DNA from: an uncultured Erysipelotrichaceae bacterium
Lineage (GTDB): Bacteria; Bacillota_I; Bacilli_A; RFN20; CAG-826
Direction of reading: 5' to 3'
NCBI GenBank assembly: GCA_902797795.1
Contig: CADBUF010000024.1
Coordinates: forward strand, 1 to 60,446
DNA: 60,446 bases
This document shows positions 25,591-34,239 of this stretch, in pieces (within the stretch, counting starts at the first letter, position 1; each line of letters starts with the position of its first letter). Position numbers and translations under genes: made by a program. The notes below the pieces were generated by a model, which worked only from the letters and a program-made list of their open reading frames with translations, ran no database searches and was not told the origin of the DNA.

Positions 25591-28500
25591 TTATTTATCT
25601 TCTTTGCGTTTTCTAAGGATGAAATACGCTCCAATAGATGTCGCAAATGCGATAGCGATAGAAACAATCACAATCGAAGTGTTAACGTTCTTAGAATTAA
25701 TAACGCTAAGAGGAGAAACTCTATATCCAGCACTTACACTTCTAACATCAGACATAAATGCGGTTTGTCCATGTACTGAGACACAGCGATCATAAGTCGC
25801 TAACGCTCTTTCTAAACAGTATCTAAAGTCAGAATCTGTATCGCTTGTCCATTGAGATGTTGCGTTAGCAATTAAACTCTTTGCGTATGCTTCTTCAGTA
25901 GATCCTAAAGCACTTGCTTCGTTTAAGAATGTTTCCCATGCACTTGTTGCTGCAGACCAAGCAGATGACATATTAGTTGTACATCCGTTTGTAGTATCCA
26001 TAGCAGCATTGAAGGCTTTAGCGAATTTAACTACCGCTCTTTGAGCGCCTTCATGACCTGCTACGTTAGCAATGTTAGTAACTACAGATTCTGTAGAATA
26101 AGTGACGGCAACCGATTTACAGTAAATAGCTTTTGTTGCAGCTGCCGCTTTATAAATTCTAACAACAATTTGTCCAGCTGAAGCGGTGCCAGTAAATGTC
26201 TTGTCGCTTGCAGTTGCATTAAATGATTGAACTTCACCAAAGGCATTACCACCAACAGTGACAGAAACGCTACCAGTAACTCCAGAAGCGCCAGAGGCGT
26301 TTACAACTACTTGAGTGATTGTGCCGCTTGTAAATGAATCAGATACTAATTGAATATATTCAACAGAAGCACTACCAGTTCCATAATGGATACCTTTTGT
26401 ACTATCGTAATTCGATTCAGCCGCATCAGACGTCACTGTCCATGTCTTACTATCATCAGCAGTTCCGCTTCCACCACAAGCAGCAGTAAATGTTAAAGTT
26501 GATGTTTCACTTGATCCAGGAGTTTCAACATTAATGGCATTTAAAGTTTGTGTGACTTTAACTGCACTTGATTCGCTTGTAGTAACAGCGTTATATGTTG
26601 CGGTTAAGGTCTTGCCATCATCATCTGCACTCCAAATATGAGGAATGCTAATTGTGGTTCCTCCTAACTTAACGGTTAATTGGTTATATGTAAGAACTGT
26701 TTGATGACCTGCTCCATCGTTATATGTAGCTGCCCAAGCATTAACATTCTCTCCACTTAAAGTAGCGCCGGAGTAAACATTAATTGTAGGTGCTGTCCAA
26801 CTAATTGATGGATTGGAGTTAACAGTAATACAATATTGAGCAATTTGAGAAACTTCATTTTCAGTATATGTAACTGTAATGGTCTTGTTTCCAGTAGAAG
26901 ACATATCTGGACTTGAAACAGTTGTAGGAACGACAACACTACTAGAAGCATCACTATAATGAGCAGTAACTACTAAGCCTGCATAGTTGAATGTATCACC
27001 AACACTGAAAACAGTTTGTGTATTGCTTGTATCAAGAGTAATTGATGAAAGAGATGCAGGTGGAGTATATGAATAATTAACCACTATTGAAGTACCACCA
27101 GTTGTACCAGTAAGAACTGCATAGAATTGTGAAGTTCCATCAGTTGGAGTAATAGTAACTGTTGTATCAGAAGCCGCAGCAGTCGCGTTCGTCCAATTAC
27201 TACCACTTAAGGCGTTTGCGTACGTGGTAGAAGTAGCAGTAAAAACCACACTTGTTATTTCATAATTTTCTGCTGGAACAAACCTCATGGTATTGCCACT
27301 ATAGAATCTAGACGATGTTCTTGCGTTAGAATCTCCACCAAGATAATTGTTTGCGGCGGTTTTGCCACTTGCTTGTTCTGAAGTTAAAGTTGCACAATCG
27401 CTAGACCAAGTGACTAATGCAGCTGAAGTAGGAGTGTCATAAGAAGCGATACTCAAATCCCAAGTAAAGCTACCGGTTTGTGAACCACCATTTTCAAGAA
27501 CGGTAATTGTATATGAGGCCGACTTTTGAGTTCCACCATAAGTATAAGAAACAGTAATTGTTTTTTCTCCAGCAGTTGACATATCTGGTGAAGATATAGT
27601 CGCGGAGGAAGAAACAACTTCACTTGATGAATCACTAAAGTGAGCAGTAACAACTAAGTTGTCGTGTTCAAATAAATCATCAACGTAGAATGTTTTTGTA
27701 ACATTATCAGTATTTAATGTAATAGAAGATAAGGTTTTGAGGGCACTAACAGTGATCGCTTGAGAACAAGTCTTTCCACCATAACTTATAGCGACCGATA
27801 CGTCGCTTGTTTGTAAATTATCAGCAGGATCAAATTCAAATGCGTCTTCATTACCTTCATATGAAATATCAGCAGTTGTAGAATCACTATATGTTGCTGT
27901 AATGACTAATCCGTTAGCGTCAAATCCATCACCAGCAGTATACGTTAATTTTGTTGGTGCAGTTTTAACAGCGATTGAGGATAACGTTGGAGTTTCAGAT
28001 CCAGTAGAGTATGTGGCGGTCCATGAAACCGATTTAACGCCCCAGTTTCCAGCGCCTTTGGTAACGTAAGTAATCTTTAGACCGGTACAACCTTCTAAAC
28101 CTGAATCAAATGTAAATATTGTGTCACCATAAGATGAGGTTACAATATCAGCACCAGTTTTAACATCACTAGCTAAAACATTACCAGAAGAATCTAACGC
28201 TTCAACTTTGTAAGAGTTAGCAGCGGTAGGAGTTCCGTTAATTTTGCTGTTAATAGTTACAGTTAAAGATGTCATTCCACTAGCAACATCGCCAGAGAAT
28301 AGATCGGTTTTATAAACGTTATCACTTGATGAATCAAATTTCACAGAACCATCAGCATATGCTGATCCAGTTCCACTTGCAGTCCAACCTTCAAGAGCGC
28401 CGCTAGCAGCAGTCACGCTACCTTCTTCGGTGCCTTCACTGCCTCCGCCTGATCCAGGAGTAACAGTAACTGAACATGATGCAGTAAATCCGCCATCATT

Positions 28501-29919
28501 AGTGGTAACAGTAATTGTGGCATTACCTTCCTTAACACCAGTGACAATACCACCAGAAACAGTTGCAACAGAAGCGTCGCTTGTTGACCAGCTGACTGTT
28601 TGATTTGTTGCGTTACTAGGTGAAACAGTAGCGGTTAAAGATACATCTTTACCGGCTTCCACAGAGGTTGAGTTTGGAGAGGCAGAAACACCTGTCACAG
28701 CAATAGTTTCTCCACCACCACTGTTGTAACCATTGATCGTGTCACTACTAGGAGTGGCATAGCCTGTAGGAGTTGTATCATGAGAAACATAGGTTGAACC
28801 ATTATAGTTGACTGATCCCCAAATGAAATCTGCCCATTCTGGGAAGTCAATAAATGGATTTCTATTATTCGTATAGTTAGTATACAAGAGATTATTTCTA
28901 TGAATTTCGTATTCATCAACAGGATCGGCATGGTGCCATGCAAGTAAATCTGTCATAATACCCATCTTACCTTGTTTAGAAGTTGTAGAGGAATAACCAC
29001 TACTGGCCCAATCACTTAAAGACTGAGTCAAGGCTAAATTAGGGTTATTAGAATCGATGCCATCAGAGTCACTTCCGGAAAGATAGTTGTACCTAGCAAC
29101 CATGTAGAAAATAGCTCTAGCGATATCACCTTTATCACAATCTTGCGGTTCGAATACGTTTGTAGAACCACCTAAGGTTTTTGATTTTCCTAAAAGGTTA
29201 CCAGAAACATTTGAAAATTTTGATCCACAGTTAGTATAACTACTAGATGTGTTAACATAGCCGTAGTAATAATTACTGTGAATATTGTTGGCATATCCAT
29301 TACCTGCCATCAAATGCATTGGGTCACCACGGGCACCGCCAGCGCCAGCGGTTTCAAAACCTTCAGCTTTTGGCCAAACGTGTTCACGGTTAATACCCCA
29401 TTGAGTTTGTTGATGATCGTCCCATGCAGTTGTTTGGTTAGTAACATTCCTATTTATGTATAAAGCATGAATATATGGATTGTTTTTGCTACTAGATGAA
29501 CTTGTACCATATGAATAGCCAGTAATCTTATTCGTAGATGAATTATAAGTTCCATATGTCGTACTACTAGCAGGTGATTTAGACCAATCTCTATCTGCTA
29601 TTTCATAAATCTGCCAAATAGCGTTGCCACTATCATAGGAATAATATTTTTGGCCTTTTTTAAGGATTGTTTTTAAGTTTTTAAGCAAATTATTACCTTG
29701 TCTTTCACTAGAGGACAAATTGTTTAAACTGCTATAGTAGCTTCTGATATTGCTTGCAGAAGTATCGTTTAAATCAATAGTCGTAGGAAGAGAACTGGTC
29801 GAATATGCATTTGCTACTTCAACTGGTTCATTGTCACTATTAAAGAACAATGGAACAGAGGCCACCGCGAGAAGCGTTAAAGTTGCAAATGCTGCAAACT
29901 TCTCTTTTCTATTTTTCAT
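25591..29919 (-). CDS. Giant membrane-anchored surface protein with an N-terminal endonuclease I-family nuclease domain
   Basis: 1442 aa with an N-terminal signal-anchor helix. Endonuclease-I-like motifs INREHVWPKA, GDPMHLM, DKGDIARAIFYM, HRNNLLY...NRNPFIDFPEWA. One Big_2 domain. At least 3 Big_3-like repeats (LSSITL...GLVVTAHYSD...ITVTY). Three ~130-aa unassigned modules. C-terminal TM helix plus RKRKEDK. Confidence 0.85.
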   Translation of the reverse strand: MKNRKEKFAAFATLTLLAVASVPLFFNSDNEPVEVANAYSTSSLPTTIDLNDTSASNIRSYYSSLNNLSSSERQGNNLLKNLKTILKKGQKYYSYDSGNAIWQIYEIADRDWSKSPASSTTYGTYNSSTNKITGYSYGTSSSSSKNNPYIHALYINRNVTNQTTAWDDHQQTQWGINREHVWPKAEGFETAGAGGARGDPMHLMAGNGYANNIHSNYYYGYVNTSSSYTNCGSKFSNVSGNLLGKSKTLGGSTNVFEPQDCDKGDIARAIFYMVARYNYLSGSDSDGIDSNNPNLALTQSLSDWASSGYSSTTSKQGKMGIMTDLLAWHHADPVDEYEIHRNNLLYTNYTNNRNPFIDFPEWADFIWGSVNYNGSTYVSHDTTPTGYATPSSDTINGYNSGGGETIAVTGVSASPNSTSVEAGKDVSLTATVSPSNATNQTVSWSTSDASVATVSGGIVTGVKEGNATITVTTNDGGFTASCSVTVTPGSGGGSEGTEEGSVTAASGALEGWTASGTGSAYADGSVKFDSSSDNVYKTDLFSGDVASGMTSLTVTINSKINGTPTAANSYKVEALDSSGNVLASDVKTGADIVTSSYGDTIFTFDSGLEGCTGLKITYVTKGAGNWGVKSVSWTATYSTGSETPTLSSIAVKTAPTKLTYTAGDGFDANGLVITATYSDSTTADISYEGNEDAFEFDPADNLQTSDVSVAISYGGKTCSQAITVSALKTLSSITLNTDNVTKTFYVDDLFEHDNLVVTAHFSDSSSEVVSSSATISSPDMSTAGEKTITVSYTYGGTQKSASYTITVLENGGSQTGSFTWDLSIASYDTPTSAALVTWSSDCATLTSEQASGKTAANNYLGGDSNARTSSRFYSGNTMRFVPAENYEITSVVFTATSTTYANALSGSNWTNATAAASDTTVTITPTDGTSQFYAVLTGTTGGTSIVVNYSYTPPASLSSITLDTSNTQTVFSVGDTFNYAGLVVTAHYSDASSSVVVPTTVSSPDMSSTGNKTITVTYTENEVSQIAQYCITVNSNPSISWTAPTINVYSGATLSGENVNAWAATYNDGAGHQTVLTYNQLTVKLGGTTISIPHIWSADDDGKTLTATYNAVTTSESSAVKVTQTLNAINVETPGSSETSTLTFTAACGGSGTADDSKTWTVTSDAAESNYDSTKGIHYGTGSASVEYIQLVSDSFTSGTITQVVVNASGASGVTGSVSVTVGGNAFGEVQSFNATASDKTFTGTASAGQIVVRIYKAAAATKAIYCKSVAVTYSTESVVTNIANVAGHEGAQRAVVKFAKAFNAAMDTTNGCTTNMSSAWSAATSAWETFLNEASALGSTEEAYAKSLIANATSQWTSDTDSDFRYCLERALATYDRCVSVHGQTAFMSDVRSVSAGYRVSPLSVINSKNVNTSIVIVSIAIAFATSIGAYFILRKRKEDK

Positions 29920-29974
29920 GCAGTCATTATATTCGAAAATATTTTTAAATAAAATTATTTTATGTTTTGTTTAA

Positions 29975-30009
29975 ATTAAAAGCCCCTTCATAAGGGGCAA
30001 TATTTTTTT
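29975..30009. terminator. Bidirectional hairpin terminator downstream of tRNA-Ala
   Basis: Hairpin gcccctt-cat-aaggggc, with T-runs following it on both strands. Confidence 0.6.
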
Positions 30010-30013
30010 GTGC

Positions 30014-30089
30014 TGGTGGATCCTACCGGGCTCGAACCGGCCACCTCTTCCATGCCATGGAAGCGCTCTCCCAGATGAGCTAAGGACCC
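30014..30089 (-). tRNA. tRNA-Ala (anticodon GGC)
   Basis: Minus strand GGGTCCTTAGCTCATCTGGGAGAGCGCTTCCATGGCATGGAAGAGGTGGCCGGTTCGAGCCCGGTAGGATCCACCA folds as a cloverleaf. It has the G3:U70 Ala identity pair, anticodon loop AT-GGC-AT and an encoded CCA. Confidence 0.9.
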
Positions 30090-30100
30090 AGGCTTAAACA

Positions 30101-30129
30101 ATATTAAATAATTAGAAGAAAATATTCAA
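30101..30129 (-). promoter_or_regulatory. Promoter of tRNA-Ala (TTGAAT-17-TAATAT)
   Basis: Hexamers read on the minus strand. The -10 ends 11 nt before the tRNA 5' end. Confidence 0.4.
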
Positions 30130-30162
30130 CACAAAAGAGAAAAAAATTAAACTAATTATAAG

Positions 30163-31620
30163 ATGAAGAAAGTAATCGTTATTGGTGCTGGTATAGGCGG
30201 ACTATCAATTTCCATATTCCTTCAAAAGGCTGGCTTTGATGTCCATTTATATGAGAAGAATGATAAAGTAGGTGGCCTCTGTAGTGGTTATTACGTTAAT
30301 GGTCACTATATTGATCACTGCTTACATTGGCTAATGGGCACTAATAAAGATAGTAAATTATATGAACTCTGGAATGAAGTTGGAGCCTTATCTAATAACG
30401 TACCAATCATCTCTTTACCCACTCTTGGAGATTTTGTCTATGAAAACCAAATAGTAACGTTTGATCGAGATTTGGATAAATGTGAAAAAGAGTGGCTATC
30501 AATATCTCCAGTAGATAAAAGGGCCATTAAGTCATTCTTTGCTACAGTCAGAGATGTTTCTTCTTTAATGGAATACGCTCTTAAACATCCTAAATATAAA
30601 AAGAAGAAAGATTTAATTAGTGCTCTTCCTAATTCATTGAAAGTTTTCAAAGCTATGAAAGAATCTAGAGAAGACTATTCAAAAAAATTTAAACATCCTG
30701 CTTTACGCTTTGCACTTAGAAATGCACAAACAGGATATAACAACATGTTTTTCTTCTTTGATTTATATGGAATTTTTATAAAAGGAAACGCTGATGTTCC
30801 TAGCGGCGGTGCTCTCTATATGAGTAAAAGAATGGAAGAAAAATTCTTATCATTAGGTGGGCATTTATATCTCAATAGTAATGTTGAAAATATCATAACA
30901 AAAGATAATGTTGCTACTGGAATCAAAATCGGAAATAAAACCGAATATGGAGATATTGTCATTTCCTGTTTGGACCCAACATTTACCTTGAATCATTTAT
31001 TAGATAATAAATATAGATGTGTCAAAATTGAGAAATTGAATAAAAATATCGCAAACAACCCTATTAGTAGTGCTTATTGTTTATATGTCACAATAGAAGG
31101 CGATATCTCTAACATAAGTGTTCCTACTTGTTTGCATGTTAAAGATTTAAAAGTAGGTAGTCGTAAAATAGAATCAATATTAATAAGACCATATGGATTT
31201 GATAAGGAATATTTTGTTAAAGACAATAAAACAGTAGTCTCAATTTTCATCGATCAAAACCAAGATGATTACCACTATTTCAAATCATTATCTGAAGATG
31301 ATTACGCGAAAGAACTCAATCGAATTGATAAAAAAATCATTGAAGAGATAGAAAAGTATTTTAAAAACACTAAAGGAAAAATTGAATTCCTTACTCACTT
31401 TTCTCCAATTGAGCTTAATAAACATACGAACACATCTTTTGGAGCGTTGCAAGGTTTCTCTTTCTCCTCTAAGAGTAATTTCTATATGCTAAGGCCTACA
31501 ATTAAAGGGCTATCTAATTTATATATATGTAGTCAATGGAACCGATCAATAGGTGGCACCCCGACTGCGATTGAATCTGCTAAATCAATATCAAAAGAGA
31601 TTATAAAAAAATATCTTTAA
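30163..31620 (+). CDS. FAD/NAD(P)-dependent oxidoreductase, phytoene desaturase (CrtI)-like family
   Basis: 485 aa. N-terminal dinucleotide fold VIVIGAGIGGLSISIFLQKAGFDVHLYEKNDKVGG. C-terminal GGTPTAIESAK. Substrate not inferable. Confidence 0.6.
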   Translation: MKKVIVIGAGIGGLSISIFLQKAGFDVHLYEKNDKVGGLCSGYYVNGHYIDHCLHWLMGTNKDSKLYELWNEVGALSNNVPIISLPTLGDFVYENQIVTFDRDLDKCEKEWLSISPVDKRAIKSFFATVRDVSSLMEYALKHPKYKKKKDLISALPNSLKVFKAMKESREDYSKKFKHPALRFALRNAQTGYNNMFFFFDLYGIFIKGNADVPSGGALYMSKRMEEKFLSLGGHLYLNSNVENIITKDNVATGIKIGNKTEYGDIVISCLDPTFTLNHLLDNKYRCVKIEKLNKNIANNPISSAYCLYVTIEGDISNISVPTCLHVKDLKVGSRKIESILIRPYGFDKEYFVKDNKTVVSIFIDQNQDDYHYFKSLSEDDYAKELNRIDKKIIEEIEKYFKNTKGKIEFLTHFSPIELNKHTNTSFGALQGFSFSSKSNFYMLRPTIKGLSNLYICSQWNRSIGGTPTAIESAKSISKEIIKKYL

Positions 31621-31701
31621 AGAGCTTCATTAAAAAATCCCCTTTTAGATTCAAGAAGTTAATATTCTTTAATCAAAATTAGGGAATGCTTTTATTTGTA
31701 T

Positions 31702-31778
31702 TGGCGCGCCTAAGACGATTCGAACGTCCGACCCTCTCCTTAGGAGGGAGATGCTCTGTCCAGCTGAGCTATAGGCGC
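31702..31778 (-). tRNA. tRNA-Arg (anticodon CCU)
   Basis: Minus strand GCGCCTATAGCTCAGCTGGACAGAGCATCTCCCTCCTAAGGAGAGGGTCGGACGTTCGAATCGTCTTAGGCGCGCCA. Anticodon loop CT-CCT-AA. CCA encoded. Lies 12 nt downstream of the galE stop. Confidence 0.9.
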
Positions 31779-31790
31779 ATAAAAGGACAA

Positions 31791-32810
31791 TTAGTCCTTA
31801 TCATATCCTTTAGGATTATTCTTTTGCCATCTCCAAGAATCACGGCAGGCATCAACAATATCAAGATTAGCCTTCCAACCCATTTCTCTAAAAGCCTTTG
31901 ATGCATCAGCGTAATTTTCATCAACATCGCCTGGGCGGCGTTCTTTTATTTCATATTTAATGGTAAGGTTATTTGCTTTTTCAAAAGCTTTTACTAAATC
32001 TAAAACCGATGTTCCTTTACCTGTTCCTAAATTATAAATAACAAGTCCTGGTTTCGATTCAAGCTTCTTAAGAGCCGCTAAATGGCCATTAGCGAGATCA
32101 ACAACATGAATATAATCACGCACCCCAGTACCATCATGAGTCTTATAGTCATTACCAAAAACATTGAGGTATGGTCTTTTTCCAACTGCAACTTGAGTGA
32201 TGTATGGCATTAAATTATTTGGAATACCCTGTGGGTCTTCGCCAATTAAACCAGATTCATGGGCACCAATAGGATTGAAATATCTTAAGATAGCAATATT
32301 GGCGTCCTTATGTTCTTTAGCGTACTCCTTTAATAGATATTCAATATCTAATTTTGTTTGTCCATATGGATTAGTGCATCCACCAACCTTGTCATCTTCT
32401 TTTAATGGAACGTGGTCTGGAACACCATAAACTGTTGCACTACTAGAAAAAACAATATTATGAACTTTAAATTCGTCCATTAATTTGAGTAAGACTTTAC
32501 TAGAACCAATATTGTTATCAATGTATAGTTGTGGTTTTAAAACTGACTCAGCAACACTTTTTAAACCTGCAAAATGAATAATATCGGTAATCTTTTCTTT
32601 TTTGAAGAGATCCCTCATTTTTGCTTCATTACAGACGTCTATTTCGTAAAATCTAGGCTTTTTGCCGGTAATTTTGTAGATTCGATTAAGAACTTCAGGC
32701 TTGGAGTTGACATAATTATCAACAATAACAACATCATAACCTTTTTCTAATAAAAGAACGACAGTGTGACTGCCAATATAGCCAGTACCACCAGTAACTA
32801 AAATCGCCAT
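31791..32810 (-). CDS. galE: UDP-glucose 4-epimerase
   Basis: 339 aa. Motifs MAILVTGGTGYIGSH and catalytic YGQTK. Full-length GalE-like. Confidence 0.9.
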   Translation of the reverse strand: MAILVTGGTGYIGSHTVVLLLEKGYDVVIVDNYVNSKPEVLNRIYKITGKKPRFYEIDVCNEAKMRDLFKKEKITDIIHFAGLKSVAESVLKPQLYIDNNIGSSKVLLKLMDEFKVHNIVFSSSATVYGVPDHVPLKEDDKVGGCTNPYGQTKLDIEYLLKEYAKEHKDANIAILRYFNPIGAHESGLIGEDPQGIPNNLMPYITQVAVGKRPYLNVFGNDYKTHDGTGVRDYIHVVDLANGHLAALKKLESKPGLVIYNLGTGKGTSVLDLVKAFEKANNLTIKYEIKERRPGDVDENYADASKAFREMGWKANLDIVDACRDSWRWQKNNPKGYDKD

Positions 32811-32813
32811 AAA

Positions 32814-34238
32814 TTATCTCCTACTAATTTCTTCTAAAATGAGTTTATTTGCTAAAGCAGGATTTGCTTTTCCTTGTGTCTTTTTCATCACTTGACCAAC
32901 GATAAAACCAATCGCACGGTCTTTACCTGCTTTATAATCCACAACAGATTGAGGATTCACATCAATTACTTCTTTAATAATACCGATAAGAGCGTTTTCA
33001 TCACTCACTTGAGATAATCCCATTTCTTTAATAAGTGTGGATGCATCTTTATGAGTCTTAATCATTTCTGCGAAAACATCACGAGCTTGCTTATTGCTCA
33101 CATCTCCTTTTTCAACTAAGGAAATAAGTTTTCCTAGTTCTAAAGAACATACAGGAAATTCTTTGATTGAAATTCCTTCTTTATTTAAATAAGATTGAAC
33201 ATCGCCAATAACCCAGTTGGCTAATAATTTAGCAGAACATCCGCTCTTTAAACCTTCATCGAAATAGACAGAAACGTCTTTATCAGATATAAGTAAAGAG
33301 GAATCATATTCGTTTAAATCGAGTTCACGATATCTGAGTAATTTACTTTCTGCTAGTTCTGGAGAAGTTCTAATTGCATCTAAAATAAATTCTTTAGAAA
33401 GTTGAATTGGGGCAATATTAGGATCGGTAAAATATTTATAATCAACCGCGTCATTTTTTACACGCATTAAGACAGTTTCTTTACTGCCTTCATCAAATCG
33501 ACGTGTCTCTTGTTCGATTTGTCCACCAAATTCTAAAATGATGGATTGACGGGATATTTCAAAATCAATAGCCTTTTGGATGTTTGCTAAAGAATTTAAA
33601 TTCTTAATTTCAACTTTGGTACCAAATTTGTTAGAACCTTTTTCTCTTAAAGAGATGTTGACGTCACATCTTAAAGAACCTTCTTCCATCTTGCCATCAC
33701 TAACATCAAGGAAAGTAACAATGGAACGAATCTTTTCAACGTATTTAGCAGCTTCTTCACCACTTCTCATTTCTGGACGAGAAACAATTTCAATGAGTGG
33801 GATACCAGCTCTATTATAATCAAGAAGAGAAAAATCCCAGGAGTGAAGTTGTTTACAAGTATCTTCCTCCATATGGAGTCTTTCAATACCAATTTTCTTT
33901 TCTCCAGAAGAGGTTTTGATGGTTAAATATCCATCACTACCAATTGGGTGGAATTGTTGAGTGATTTGATAGCCTTTTGGAAGGTCACTATAGAAGTAAT
34001 TTTTTCTTTCAAAAGTCACTAAATCACAAATTTTCATATTTAAAGCATGACTAACACGAATCGCGTTAATCACAGCTTGCTTATTTACGGTTGGTAAAGT
34101 GCCTGGGAAGGCCATATCAACAATATTTACATTAGTATTTGGATCATCACCAAAACTAACTGGTCCACTGGAAAACATTTTGGACTTAGTTTTCATCTCA
34201 ACATGTATTTCTAAACCAATAATTGCTTCTAATTCCAT
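32814..34238 (-). CDS. gatB: Asp/Glu-tRNA amidotransferase subunit B
   Basis: 474 aa. GatB-type N-terminus MELEAIIGLEIHVEM. Position after gatC-gatA. Confidence 0.95.
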   Translation of the reverse strand: MELEAIIGLEIHVEMKTKSKMFSSGPVSFGDDPNTNVNIVDMAFPGTLPTVNKQAVINAIRVSHALNMKICDLVTFERKNYFYSDLPKGYQITQQFHPIGSDGYLTIKTSSGEKKIGIERLHMEEDTCKQLHSWDFSLLDYNRAGIPLIEIVSRPEMRSGEEAAKYVEKIRSIVTFLDVSDGKMEEGSLRCDVNISLREKGSNKFGTKVEIKNLNSLANIQKAIDFEISRQSIILEFGGQIEQETRRFDEGSKETVLMRVKNDAVDYKYFTDPNIAPIQLSKEFILDAIRTSPELAESKLLRYRELDLNEYDSSLLISDKDVSVYFDEGLKSGCSAKLLANWVIGDVQSYLNKEGISIKEFPVCSLELGKLISLVEKGDVSNKQARDVFAEMIKTHKDASTLIKEMGLSQVSDENALIGIIKEVIDVNPQSVVDYKAGKDRAIGFIVGQVMKKTQGKANPALANKLILEEISRR

Positions 34239-34239
34239 A

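Noticed and set aside
31686-31901. 71-aa + strand ORF.
   Set aside because: It overlaps tRNA-Arg(CCU) and the 3' end of galE on the other strand, so it is spurious.
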